A stretch of DNA of 64,000 bases from Mobula birostris (Eukaryota). The stretch is from assembly GCF_030028105.1 (NCBI RefSeq), contig NC_092370.1, positions 117,268,221 through 117,332,220 on the forward strand, in the 5' to 3' direction. The notes under the pieces were generated by a model. The model was given only the letters and a program-made list of their open reading frames with translations. It had not been told where the DNA came from and made no database searches. Shown here in pieces: positions 33,701 to 45,200 of the stretch. The stretch's first letter is position 1, and every line of letters starts with the position of its first letter. Made by a program: the position numbers and the translations under genes.

Positions 33701-35848
33701 TTGTCTGAAAGCAATACATTGCACATTGAGGTGGTGTTACACAGTGTAAGACAACAAGGCCTAGAAAACACGTGGGTTTGAACAGAGAGTCCAAAATGTC
33801 TTGCACTATTTTTGCTGTAGGTTGTCTTGTCTCGGTTCGCCCTGATCATCTGCACTGACCTGTGGGCTGTTCCCAGGGCACGCACCAAGACAAATTCGAG
33901 TGCTGCCAGAGATTCACCAACTCTTGGGCTGCCTGGAACTTGTTGGTCTTCCAGAACAATAAGATAACTGTCAGGGAATGTAGCCAAAGCAAAGGCTGTG
34001 TGAGGCAGGACCACAGTCTCAGCTGCTTCAGTTACTAGACATCAACTGGACTAAGTCCATGGTAGGTGTCCCTCAAAAGCAAAGTTTATATTGTCACAGG
34101 AGTCCACATGAGCAGCAGTGGTGCTCTGTACAGAGAGTGTGCCCAGCTTGGTGTATAGAACAAATAACACTGACTGTATAGATTGAGCTACACTACAAAT
34201 GTACAGATAACCTTGCACTGTATTTTTGTAATTTGTTACTTCTTGTGTATATATTTTTTTTTAATGAAAAAGATATATTTTGAAATTTTAAATAAGTCTT
34301 TGCATGCAGGAAATTTTGCTGTGCTGCTGAAGGCTGGAATGACCATCAAGCAAGCTATTCTGTATAATGTCCTGTCTGCTTTGTTGGGATACCTGGGCAT
34401 GATAACAGGCACAGCCATTGGACATTACGCTGAGAATGTCTCCACGTGGATCTTTGCGATTACTGCTGGTTTGTTCTTGTACGTGGCTCTGGTCGATATG
34501 GTACGTATATATTATAGGGATTTATTTTCAAATGCACTCCAAGGAATTACATATTCATATATATTCATACCACTATAACTTATTCATAGAAAATCATCCC
34601 AGAATGGCTTAGTTAATGTTAACATCCTCTTCTAATAAAATGCAAGTGTGGTGATGTCTAACAGATCTGTTCTGTGGCAGATAGCTGATTTAAATCTGTG
34701 TGCAAATATTTACCAAGTACATGCAATACCATTAATATGCAAGTACAGCCAATAATTAGGCAAATTGCATGATGCTCACTACAGCTGAAGGGGAAAATTC
34801 AGCTGCAGTAGAACACAAGGAATGTTACATATATTTCAGGGTTTTGCTTCAAGGAGGGCTATACTGACACTGGAGACAGTCCCAGAAATATTAACCTAGT
34901 TTTGGTCTTTACTGGTGCAGTTCTCCCTTAGTACTGGATTATCAGCATAGATTCCTATGGTCATGTGCCTGGGGGAGACTTGAATCAACTACTTTCTAAC
35001 TCAAGATTACTGAGTTTATCTCCTGTATCTTATCACACTTCCATTTGAAATCCACATCCCTTGTTCCTTTATTTCTCCCAAAAAAGATAATTTGTTTGCA
35101 TACTTTATCCTTTACAAACCTCTATAGATTGTCCTTAATTATCTTGACTATTTTCAGTTAAGTATTAATTCTGTGTGTTGTGAGGTTTCACTGCTTATGG
35201 TGGTCTGGTTAGTCTACAGTTTAACCTCCAGCTGTTCTGGACTAATACTCCTGTCAAATTATATCTGAAAGATTGTGATCAAAACTTCTGCTAGCTTCTT
35301 GCAAGCTCTGCTCAGTAGTCCAGGGTGTTTAGGCACTAGGATTGTGTGCCTGTTCCTCCTTTGAAGTTATCAGTGACCATGCAGGTAGTCTGAGTTTTGT
35401 TCAACCCAGATTGTTGCAGCTAGAGGGAGGGGCAGAGAGAACGCATGCAGAATTGCTCCATTCTCACCCTGCAAAAGATGCCTGCACGGCCCCCTCCCCA
35501 CCAGCCAGAAAATCCACCGGTCTCCCAAATGCTTATCCATAGGTACAATGTATCAAGAAATTGGGCATTCATAATTGGGGCAAGACTGCATTATCTGGGA
35601 AGAATATCAACCCTTCATCAGGGCCAGCTTGCCCCACTGCTTTGCTCTCCAGAATTATAAAATTGACACATTCTACCTGTCATCTCATTTTACAGGTTCC
35701 TGAAATGCTTCATAGTGATGCTGGTGACCATGACTACAGTCACGGAACGTACTTTCTGCTGCAGAATGCAGGAATGCTCCTGGGATTTGGCATCATGCTC
35801 CTTATTGCTGTATTTGAGCATAAAATCTTGTCTATTGTAAGACTGTAA
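9042..35848 (+). CDS. SLC39A6: Zinc transporter ZIP6 (LIV-1), ~717 aa, 9 coding exons
   Basis: Exons 9042-9749, 18032-18200, 19264-19433, 20229-20396, 26648-26759, 28060-28461, 31151-31231, 34310-34500, 35696-35848. All GT-AG with compatible phases. Signal peptide, YGEN, CPALL, ZIP6-type [17 protein letters not shown] and poly-His loop, [19 protein letters not shown]. Confidence 0.96.
9930..13975 (+). mobile_element. Near full-length, decayed CR1 LINE
   Basis: ORF1 has a CxxC...CxxC zinc finger (CTACGMW...CTRC), a coiled coil and an esterase-like region. ORF2 pieces cover APE and RT (DVVYLDF, PQGSVL, RPHLEYC, WNSLP) with frameshifts and stops. CR1 3' tail at ~13935-13975. Confidence 0.92.
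14102..17289. repeat. G-rich minisatellite, 35-bp unit (33-bp variants) x ~90
   Basis: Unit gg(g/a)ttttgaggagtgacggggttggttgg(g/a)gtgat; 35-bp period from 14109 to 14144. Confidence 0.98.
18032..18200 (+). CDS. SLC39A6: SLC39A6 coding exon 2 (cysteine-flanked core)
   Basis: [13 protein letters not shown]...[17 protein letters not shown]; cag acceptor, gtgagt donor. Confidence 0.95.
18655..19180 (+). mobile_element. L2 LINE 3' fragment
   Basis: [30 protein letters not shown] is the L2 ORF2 C-terminus; tail ...gtgctatgtaaataagttattatta. Confidence 0.8.
19264..19433 (+). CDS. SLC39A6: SLC39A6 coding exon 3 (TM1-2)
   Basis: [19 protein letters not shown]...[18 protein letters not shown], then donor gtaagt. 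Confidence 0.96.
20229..20396 (+). CDS. SLC39A6: SLC39A6 coding exon 4 (His-rich loop, TM3)
   Basis: [56 protein letters not shown], then donor gtaagg. Not in the ORF track. Confidence 0.95.
23805..24095 (+). mobile_element. RTE-derived short element
   Basis: RTE-type 5' motif (gtcccaagccc...gggctaacaatcc) joined to an RTE-type 3' end; inserted in a CR1 remnant. Confidence 0.5.
24900..25390 (-). mobile_element. Rex1/Babar 3' fragments
   Basis: [15 protein letters not shown] motif and (tatactt)n tail on the minus strand. Confidence 0.6.
26222..26415. mobile_element. PLE-derived foldback element with ~14-bp TSD
   Basis: Inverted arms gcaaaatgctggaggaactcagcaggtcaggcagcatctatggaaagg / cctttccatagatgctgcctgacctgctgagttcctccagcattttgc; flanked by aatgagc(a/g)aga(t/c)ct. 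Confidence 0.8.
26648..26759 (+). CDS. SLC39A6: SLC39A6 coding exon 5 (cytosolic loop)
   Basis: [37 protein letters not shown]; phase 0 to 1 fits neighbours; aacag acceptor, gtaggt donor. Confidence 0.85.
27556..27798. mobile_element. Young PLE-derived palindromic element with 10-bp TSD
   Basis: Near-perfect inverted arms of ~100 bp (27556-27654 and 27664-27762); AAGTTTTGAT at 27546-27555 and 27799-27808. Confidence 0.85.
27664..27701 (+). ncRNA. Minimal type-I hammerhead ribozyme motif
   Basis: TAGTC-CTGACGA-A-GTGT-CTCG-GCCT-GAAA-CG-TC-GACTG: stem I pairs (UAGUC/GACUG), CUGANGA and GAAA core present, GUC cleavage triplet, palindromic ACGU helix III. Confidence 0.65.
28060..28461 (+). CDS. 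SLC39A6: SLC39A6 coding exon 6 (poly-His loop, TM4)
   Basis: ...[17 protein letters not shown]...[24 protein letters not shown]...[21 protein letters not shown]. Confidence 0.96.
29495..29742 (+). mobile_element. V-SINE
   Basis: A box gtggtggttagc, B box gagttcgattcc, V-domain gggtttccctgggtgcttcagtttcctcccaca, (taaa)n tail. Confidence 0.8.
31151..31231 (+). CDS. SLC39A6: SLC39A6 coding exon 7 (TM5, HEXPHE)
   Basis: [28 protein letters not shown]; ttcag acceptor, gtaagt donor. Confidence 0.96.
31350..32640. mobile_element. Rex1/Babar fragments: minus-strand 3' end interrupted by a plus-strand internal ORF fragment (~31600-32295)
   Basis: Plus strand: [10 protein letters not shown]...LQDCF..VDWT...[15 protein letters not shown]. 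Minus strand: [19 protein letters not shown]. Confidence 0.7.
34310..34500 (+). CDS. SLC39A6: SLC39A6 coding exon 8 (TM6-7)
   Basis: [19 protein letters not shown]...[15 protein letters not shown], then donor gtacgt. Confidence 0.95.
35696..35848 (+). CDS. SLC39A6: SLC39A6 last coding exon (TM8)
   Basis: [12 protein letters not shown]...[29 protein letters not shown]. Confidence 0.96.
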   Translation, partial: VPEMLHSDAGDHDYSHGTYFLLQNAGMLLGFGIMLLIAVFEHKILSIVRL

Positions 35849-37636
35849 CAGTTGTTTCTTAACCGGTATTCATAATTACTGGATTGAAACTTATTTATTG
35901 GTCACGTATGTTATTGTGTGATAGTAATATGATGATGGTGAACAATAAACTCTGCCCCAATCTATCCCCCAGTCTGCACCACTCTCTTCTCCAGGCCTAA
36001 GCCACCCAGCTCATGACTTGCCCTCCAGTTCTACTTGCATCACTACATGTTCTTGTGTTAACATGGAGGCCAAGCTGAGAACAGAATCTTGGAGGAAGCA
36101 GGCATCCTAACTTGGAGCTCTGAAAGGGGTGGGGCTATCTTCTGCCAACCTACTGAAGTCAGTGGAGTCAGATGTCAGGTGAGCAGAGAGTCAGACCTCA
36201 ACTTTTCACCACGACCAAAGGATAGTTTCTCCCCGCTACTCACAGTCACAGTCGGCTGAGAGACTCTCCACATTCCGCATTTCTAACAGCCTTTTGCCCT
36301 CGCTTGAAAGCTCTTAACCCAAACTTTCTGTCCTTTCCCTTCCATAGATGCTGCCAACTCACTGAGTTGCTCCAGCATTTTGTGTTGCTTCAGCCTTTCA
36401 TCCCTTATGTAGGGATTAATCTTTGGCTGGATCACCTTGCCTTATGCAATCCACGTTTTAAATTTAAGGCAACCAATTAGATATGAATTCCTGAATGTAT
36501 GAGATACAAACCAGATTTAGTTAATAGCTATGTTAAATGATCATTTGACTGGACAAAGGTTTTGAGACAGACAGGAAGGAAGCTGAATGTCTAATAAGTA
36601 GAAAAGGGAGATAAAGCTGAGCAGTGAAAATGTTACAGAAACAGTTTTATTTTCAATGCAGCCCCACAGGCCTTCAACTTGTCATTTCAACTAGTTTTTG
36701 TTAGCTACTAAGGTGACAGAATATTTATTTATTTATTTGATTATAACAGTCTGGATAACACTCACACATTCCACAAGCTGCCTTTATCCAAAAGAGAAAT
36801 AGTTGACCAAAGCCTGCAGGATTTGTGTTGAAGTTATTGTTACAAGATGCATTGCATGTACAAATGTTACACAGTGGATATCCAATATATATTGATGCTT
36901 TTTCAGCTGTTGTGTAAAACAATTGCATTGCAGTCTCTGAGTGGGGTTGTTTAGTATGTGTGTATTTAGTAATAAGGTTGTAGATTGTTTTATTCAATTG
37001 ATGCTGTTACTCTAGATTGATAATGTCCCAGATTGTAGATTTAAGTTCTTTAGCATATTCTCAGTGTTTTGAACTGTTACAAAAGAGACTGGCCCTGCAG
37101 TACCTTTCATCGACTGGGGGAATCCCAAAGCACTTTACAACCAATGAAGTACTTTTGAAATAACACAGTGAGATTACACAATTAGTAATCTGACTGTGAC
37201 CAGTCCATGAATGCTGTTATTTTTACAAGGCATTCATAGATGGAAGTGTGGCACTGTAGCCATTGTGCTGCTGCTGTTATAACTGGTTCCTATGGCCTTA
37301 AAAACAGTATTGTTTAAAATAATGTTCTGAAAAACAAAGTCCACATGTTAATTATTGCAAATATTTCTTTGTCATATTTATAATCTGTATGCAATGAGAT
37401 TTACAGTAGTGTGATATTCCATTTTTGTGTATGGCAGCTGTCACTGAGAAAATGTAACTATGATAAATTTTCATGTAGTCTGTGACTTGAAAACAAAACT
37501 TGAGATGAAATTTAAAGCATGGTACTGTCAGAAATAGCACCGTTGTGGTTTTACATTGAAATCTTGCTCTCAAGTTTTCCTGTAGGCTGTAGATTTACAC
37601 AAGAAGACTGGGATTTTGTTTACTATTTGTGTGTTT

Positions 37637-37690
37637 AATAAAGTTGTAGACAGTTGTATTTAGTAAATCTTGTAACTTTTGACCAATAAA
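37637..37690 (+). terminator. Likely SLC39A6 polyadenylation signals
   Basis: AATAAA at 37637-37642 and 37685-37690 at the end of an AU-rich ~1.8-kb 3'UTR; a proximal AATAAA also sits at 35944. Confidence 0.6.
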
Positions 37691-38599
37691 GTTCTAGACG
37701 TCGGCTATTACAAAATGGATTCACTGTACGGCATCCATGGGAAGATCAAATGAACATAGAAAACACATTTGTGAAGTAGCACTGTTCAGGAGGTGCCAAT
37801 GACCATCTTGATGCAGGGTCTCCACCAGAAATTTCAACCATCTCTGCCCTAAAGGTGCTGCTAGACCCACTGTGTTACAGAGTTTTATAGGCAGATACAT
37901 GGGTCTTTTGGCTCAATCACAAATGAGAAAATCTGGAGATGCTGGAAATCCGAGCAACACACAGAATGGTGGAGGAATTCAGCAGGCCAAGCAGCATCAG
38001 TAAACAGTTGACGTTTCGGGCTGAGATTCTACATCACTAATTCCCATAGATGTCTGCTCGACTGACTTCCTCCAGCATTTTGTTTGTGTTCCTTTGACTG
38101 AGCTTGTCTATGTCGACCAAGGTGTCTGCCTCCAGAGTAACATCTAAACTACTGGAGGAAGTCAGCACGTCAGGTAGCATCTAGGGAAAGGAATAAAGTC
38201 TCGGCCCAAAACGCCAACTGTTTATTCCTTCCTCTAGGTGCTGCCCGACAGCTGAGTTCCTCCAGCATTTTGTATGAGCCTACCTGAGATAGTACCATTT
38301 CCCTGCATTTGGTCCCTATCTCTAACCTTTTCTATCCATGTACCGTCTTCTATATATGGTTAATGTACCCGCCTCAACCTTTCATATACTGGCCATCCTC
38401 TACGAAGAAGGTACCCTTCGGGTTCGTATTAAAAATCTTCCCCCTCTCATTGTAAATCTATGCTCTGTAGCTTTTGATTCCCGAATGCTGGCATTCATCC
38501 TATCTGTGTCCCATGATTCTATACGCCCGTCATTCGCATACATTCCAGGGAATAAAATCCAGTGGTTTACGTCTTTGGCAAGGACCCCATTCTGCCGTC

Positions 38600-39250
38600 T
38601 GATTCCCCTGAAGAGCCGTGCGACCTTCCACGTCTACCCGACTGCAGGCGAGTCTCAAGCGCTTGCGGCATTGGCAGCGGATAGTCATCCCCCACTACCG
38701 CCAGCCTCAAGCTTCCAAAATAGTTCGGATCTGACACTGTGGGGACGGCGACTTTCAAACACGGCTCCCCGTTCGGATACGAGCCCTCGACTACCGGGCA
38801 TTGACGGCACGGCGACAACCTCACCCACCGCCAGATCGATTGCGTGAGTCTGCCAGCCCGGCCGCGGTCGATTGGTTGCGTCTGGCCCGGCCCGGCCCGG
38901 CCCGACTCGATTGTTCAGGTTGATTGGTGGGGCCTGGCGGTGGTCTCGGACTCGGAGGCGGCGGGGCCCCACGCCTCGGTGGTAACGGGGAGTCCGGAAC
39001 CGGGGCGGCTGATGATCCGCGGGGAGCCGCTGTTGCGGCGGTTCTGGGCGCTGAACAGGTGAAAGCGAGCCCATTCCTACCATTTGCTCCAGATCCCAGA
39101 TTAACCCCCGACCCCCTTCCCACCTTATCCCCTGATCTGAGCACCAGCCCCCATCTCTCGAACCCTCCAAGGGACAACCCCGGGCCCCTTATACTGAAAA
39201 TGCTTCATGTTGAAGCTTGTGGTCGGCATTCCGGACCCGGGCACTACATA
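38600..39250 (+). promoter_or_regulatory. CpG-island promoter and 5' exon(s) of TCAIM
   Basis: CpG-dense, with ATTGG (inverted CCAAT) motifs and (GGCCC)n; contains the ATG at 39012. Confidence 0.78.
39012..39058 (+). CDS. TCAIM: TCAIM coding exon 1 (mitochondrial presequence-like)
   Basis: MIRGEPLLRRFWALN(R), then donor gtgaaa; phase 2 joins the next exon as RLC. Confidence 0.75.
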
Positions 39251-42200
39251 CAATGTCCGACCAAGGTCAGCATAATCACAACAGCAGAACATCAAAACTG
39301 TAGACGCTGCAAATACAGTACTCAGCAGCTCAGGCAGCTTATGTGTAGAGAGAAACAGAATCAACGTTCCAGGCCTTTCGACAGAAAGTGAGAAAACAAG
39401 AGTTTTGAAATGCTGAGAGGGAGGGATAAAACAAAGGTCAAATGTGATAGCGCAGCCAGTGTTCCCAAGCTGTTTTGTTGTTTACAGAATTGCCTGTTCA
39501 ATCGTTTAAAGACTGAGAGAAAACACAAAAACGGAATATGTAAACGGCGAAGTGCAGGTCAGAGCTGTTCAACCGGACAAAAAGGAGAATGCTGGAAATG
39601 CCAACACACCAGTCAGTGTTTCTCGGGGGCTGAAATCCGTTCCCACGTGTTATTTTTAGTCCTTTGCCAGTCGTCTCCATTCAGTGTCCCCAGACTCTTG
39701 ATCCCTTAGCCAGTGAGAACAACATCTGCCTACTCTGTTTATGCCTTTCTGAGCTTAAATTCTTGCAAGCTCTCTTAGAACAATTCTGGCTTCTCCAGTA
39801 CATCCATTTAACTAAAGACCCTTATCCTTGGAATTATTATCATAAATCTCTTCTGCGACTGTTGTAGGTTACAACAGGACATTTTAGGGTGCAGAGCTGG
39901 CTGAGAAGTGGCATAGAGCTTAGATACTTATTAAATGGCAGAAAAACTTAATAACTATTTTGAGTCCATCTTCACCCTGGAAGACACCGCCAGTATGCCA
40001 CAATTTCGAGAGTGTCAGGGGGCAGAAGTAAGTGTAGTTATTAAGGCAGAGATCCTTGGCAAGCTGAAAGGTCTGCAGGTGGATATGTCATCTGGATCAG
40101 ATAAACTACACCCCAGGGTACTGAAAGAGATAGCTGAAGATATCATAGAGGCATTAGTAGTGAATTTTCAAGAATCACTAGATGCTGAAATGGTTCGAGA
40201 GGACTGGAAAATAGCAAATGTCACTCCACTCTTTAAGAAGGGAGTGAGGCAGAAGAAAGGAAACTATAGGCCAGTTAGCCTGACTTCAGTAGTGGGAAGA
40301 TGTTGGAGTCGATTATTAAGGATGAGGTTTCAGAGTACTTGGAGGCACATGACAAAATAGGCCAAAGTCAGCATGGTTTCCTTAAGGGGAAATCTTGCCT
40401 GACAAATCTGTTGGAGTTCTTTGAGGGAGTAACAAAGGAGAGTTAGTGGATGTTTACCTGGATTTTCAAAAGGCCTTTGCGCTGCACATGAGGCTGCTTA
40501 ACAAGATAAGAGCCCATGGTATTACAGGAGAGATACTAGCATGGATAGAAGATTAGCTGACTGGCAGGAGGCAAAGAGTGGGAATAAAGGGGCCTTTTCT
40601 GATTGGCTGCCGATGACTAGTGGTGTTCCTTAAGGGTCTGTGTTGGGACCACTTCTTTTCACGTTATATGTCAATGATTTGGATGATTGGTTTGTGGCCA
40701 CGTTTGCAGGCGATACAAAGATAGGTAGAGGGGAAGGTAGTGTTGAAGCAGGGAGTTTGCAGAAGGACTTAAACAGATTAGGAGAATGGAAAAAGAAGTG
40801 GCAGATAGATATAGCGTAGGGAAGTGTATGATCACGTACTTTGGTAAAAGGAATAAAGGCATAGGTGGGGAGAAAATTCAAAAATCAGGTGCAAAAGGAC
40901 TTGGGAGTCCTTATGCAGGATTCCTTTAAGGTTAACTTGCAGGCTGATTTAGTGGTAAGGAAGATAAATGCAATGTTAGCATTCATTTCAAGAGGACTAG
41001 AATATAAAAGCAAGAATGTAATACTGAACCTATATAAGGCATTGATCAGACTGCACTTGGAGTATTGTGAGCAGTTTTTGGCCCCTTATTTAAGAAAAGA
41101 TAAGTTGGCATTGCAGAGGTTCCAGAGGAGGTTTATGAGAAAGATTCCAGGAATGAAAGAGTTAATGTATGAGGAGCATTTGATGGCCCTGGGCCTGTAC
41201 TCGCTGGAGTTTAGAAGAACTGGTGGGCGGGGGGATCTCATTGAAACCTATCAAATATTGAAAGGCCTCAATAGAGTGGATGTGGAGAGGGTGTTTCCTT
41301 TGTGGAGGAGTCTAGGACCAGAGGGCACAACTTCAGAATAGAAGGATGTCCATTTGGAACAGAGATGAGGTGGAATTTATTTAGCCAGAGGTTTGGGAAT
41401 CTGTGAAGCTCATTGCTACAGGTGGCTGTGGAGTCTATGACATTGGATATATTTAAAGCAGAGGTTGACAGATTCTTGATTAGTCAGGCATCAAAGCTTA
41501 CGAGGAGAAAGCAGGAGATTGGGATTGAGTGGGATAATCAATCAGCCATAATGGAATGGTGGAGCAGAGGTCTGGTATAGAACAGTACAGCACAGAAAGA
41601 GGCCTTCAGCCCATCTAGTCCATGCCGAACTATTATTCAGTCTCACCCCATCAACCTGCACCTAGATCGTAGCCCTTCGGACCTCTCTTATCCATGTGTG
41701 GATCCAATTTTCTCTTAAATGTTGAAATCGAACTCTCACCACACTCTGAGTGAAGAAGATCCCCCTCATGTTCCTCTTAAACATCACACCTTTCGTCTTT
41801 AACCCATGACTTCTAGTTCTAGTCTCAGCCAACCTCAATGAAAAAAGACTGCATTTACCTTATCTGTGTCCCTCATAACTTGTTATACCTCTCTTTCCAT
41901 TTCTTACACTCCAACCAAGCAATAAAGTCCTTACCTATACAACTTTTCAGGTCCTCAAACCTAGCAACATTCTTGTAAGTTTTCTTTGCCCTCTTTTAAT
42001 TGTATTGATACATTTCGTGTAGGTTGACCAAAACTGCATGCAATACTCCAAATTAGATCTCACCAACATCTTATACAACTTCAACATAACACCCCAACTC
42101 TTGTATTCAGTACTTTGATTTATGAAGGCCCATGTGCCAAAAGCTTTCTTTATGACCCTATCTACCTGTGATGCCACTTTCAAGGAATTATGGATCTGTC

Positions 42201-45200
42201 TTCCCAGATCCCTTTGTTATACTGCATTCAACAGTGCCTTACCTACCGTTCACTGTGTAAGACCTACCCTGTTTGGTCCTACTGAAGTGCAACACCTCGC
42301 ACTTGTCTACATTAAATTCCATTTCCCATTTTTCAACTCCTTTTTCCAACCGATGCAGATCCCTCTGCAGGCTTTGATAGTCTTCTTCGCTGTTCACTAT
42401 GCAACCAGTCTTGGTGTCATCTGCAATTGCAGCTGGAGTTCAATCTGGAAAATTGTGAAATGGTTCTCTTTGGAAGGTCAAACTCGAAGGCAGAGTACAG
42501 GGTCAATGACAGGGTTCTTTAGCAGTGTGGAGAAACAGGGATTTAGAGGTTCACATCTGTAAATCCTCAAAGTTGCAGCTCAAGTTAACAGGCTGTGGAA
42601 GCTTTAGAGAGGTTGCAAAAGAAATTTATCGGGATCCCGCCTGGATTAGAGAGCGTGTCTTATGACGGTAGGTTGAATGAGCTAGGGCTTTTCTGTTTGT
42701 GAGGAGGAATATGAGAGCTGATTTGCTTTACAAAATGATAAAAGACATGGATAGAGTAGATAGCCAGAGACTTCTTGCCAGGAGAAAATGGCTATTGAAA
42801 GGAGGCATAACTTCGAAGGTGTTTGGAGGAAACTGGAATGGAGGTGGCAGAAGAATGTTTTTGACACAGAGTGGTAGGTGTGTGGCTGACGCTGCCAGGG
42901 GTGGTGATAGGGGCATATAAATTAGGGTCGTGTAAGAAACTCTTGAGGCAGACGGATGAAAGAAAAATGGAGAGCTCAGTGCAAGGAAGGGTTAGATTGA
43001 TCTTAGATTTGGTTAAAGGGTCAGCACCACATTTTGGATCGAAGGGCCTGTACTCTGTTGTACTGTTCTATGTTCTAATTGTCCTTAGCCCTCTGAAAAT
43101 ATTTAGCCTTAGCCTGTGGTCAGTTTTCCCATACATAAACCCAGCTGGCTTTTGTTTGAGTTGAGTTCAGTTAAGGTGATCGGCCTGCAAAGCTGGGATG
43201 TTGGATATCCAACAAACACAAGTCAAAAATATCTGTCCGGATTGCTGATTTCCACTGTTGGACATGGTATGAATCTCTGATGTCTGTTATTATATGTCCT
43301 TGTGCTCAATTTGTCTCTCAGAATCCAGTATTTATCCCTTTCTGTCCTTGAGAAGGTGGGGTGGTGGGGTGAGTCGCTGCCTTCAACCAGTAAATCAGTT
43401 GTGGTGATCACACTGATTTGTTGCCTTGCCATTTCACAAGTCGTTTAAGAATCAGTCCTCTGTGTGGATCACATGGAGACCAAACTGGGTAAGGAGGGCA
43501 AATTTCTTCCCCTGAATGACGTCAGTGAACCAGATGGGTTGTTATGGCAATCCAGTAGTTTTTATGGCTTCATTACTATATTCCAAAACAATTAATCAAA
43601 TTTAAGCTGCACAACTGCTGTGGTGGGATTTGAACTGGGGTCCCTATTTCTGATGACTGGCCCAGTAATGTAATTGCTGAATCACCACCACTCTTGTCCC
43701 GTGTACACTCTAGTTTGCTTTGGAAACTTCTTATTGTCGATTCGTACTCTGTTCACTTTAATTGAGGCAGCTAGCTTATCAATATCGACTGCAAGTTAAA
43801 GATTGCCAGAATTGTAGGTCTGTTTGCTGACCCCATATGTACACCCATCCTTGGGAATGTTGCCACCCGGAAAGACGGGGGTAGCAGATGCTTGAGAATA
43901 CCTCCTCCTGTTGCTCTTCTCCAAGTCACCCCCATCCTGATTTGTAAATCTATTGTCGTGCCTCTCTCGTTACTGGATGTAAATCCTGGGACTCCCTCTC
44001 ACACTGCACTGTGTAAGCACCTTCACCGGACTGCAGCAGTTCAAAACACGGCTCATCGCTTCCTTCTCAAGGATAGTTAAGGAATGGGGAATAAATGCCA
44101 GTCTTGACAGTGATGCTCGGGTACTGAAAAATGAGTTTTCAAAAATAATTTGATGAAAGATTTTCAATAGATTGACATTGAGGTTATCTGTAGTAATTCC
44201 TTAGAATTTTCTTCAAAATGATGCACATGTTTCATTAGGAAAAAATTAATTAAAACAAGGAAGATCCACAAATAACCATGATTTCCCTTCTTAAATCAGG
44301 CTTTGTATCACAGGAGGTAATCAACATGCTCGCTGTGTGAGAACCTTCTCCGTTACTGATGCCATGAATGCACTGAGGCCATTCTACCTCGCTGTACACC
44401 CAGATTTCTTTGGCCAACATCCGAGAGAGAGGGTAAGTGGTGTGGGTGGGTGCTGTGCTGAAGAAACTAATGCCTTGAGAGGTTTTCGAGGGCCCAGAGG
44501 CCAGTTACTGGAACAGCTTTTACTATTCCATCTATAAAATCCTTTGAGTTACAGTACTGTGCAAAAATCTTAGGCACATATATATAGCTAAGGAACCTAA
44601 GACTCCTTCACAGTATTGTATTTGTCAATGTGGGGTGGAGAACAAGTTTCTAAAATCTGGTGGGAGCAAAGGATATTGGGAATGGCAAGGGCAGAGTGCC
44701 GTGGGAGGGGTGTGGGACAAGTGGCAGAGAAGGAGTGCCAGGGGCAGGGGGTGGTGTGGGTGCAGACACACCCAGCCCTGAGACGCCAGGCAAAGTCAGT
44801 TGATTCCAGACATTGGCTTATTGATCATTTCAGAATGTTTCTCTGGTGCTTTCCACTCCCTCCTTTTCTCCCAACCACGATTCCCCTCCCACAGCCCCCT
44901 TCCCACTCTCAGCCCACCCTAGAGACTTGCATCAGAATCAGATTTATCATCACTCACATATGTCTTGAAATCTGATATTTGTGGCAGTACAGTGCAATAC
45001 ATAAAATTACTACAATGCTGCACAAAAATCTTGGGCACCCTAGCTATATACATGTGCCTAAGACTTTTGCACAATACTGTAGTTCTGCAAGGTGCTGTAA
45101 GAAAATCTGTTTTTTTTGTGCAGGACGTGAATGAGAATTCTCTCAAGAAGCTGAATAACCATCTGGAGTGTCTGCAGCGACCTGGGCACAGAACTCCTCA

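Noticed and set aside
9042-35848. Assignment as SLC39A10 (ZIP10) rather than SLC39A6
   Set aside because: The loop [30 protein letters not shown] and HYAENVS match ZIP6 as recalled.
38338-38847. 169-aa ORF upstream of TCAIM
   Set aside because: Spans a decayed antisense CR1 tail and the CpG island, with no recognisable protein features.
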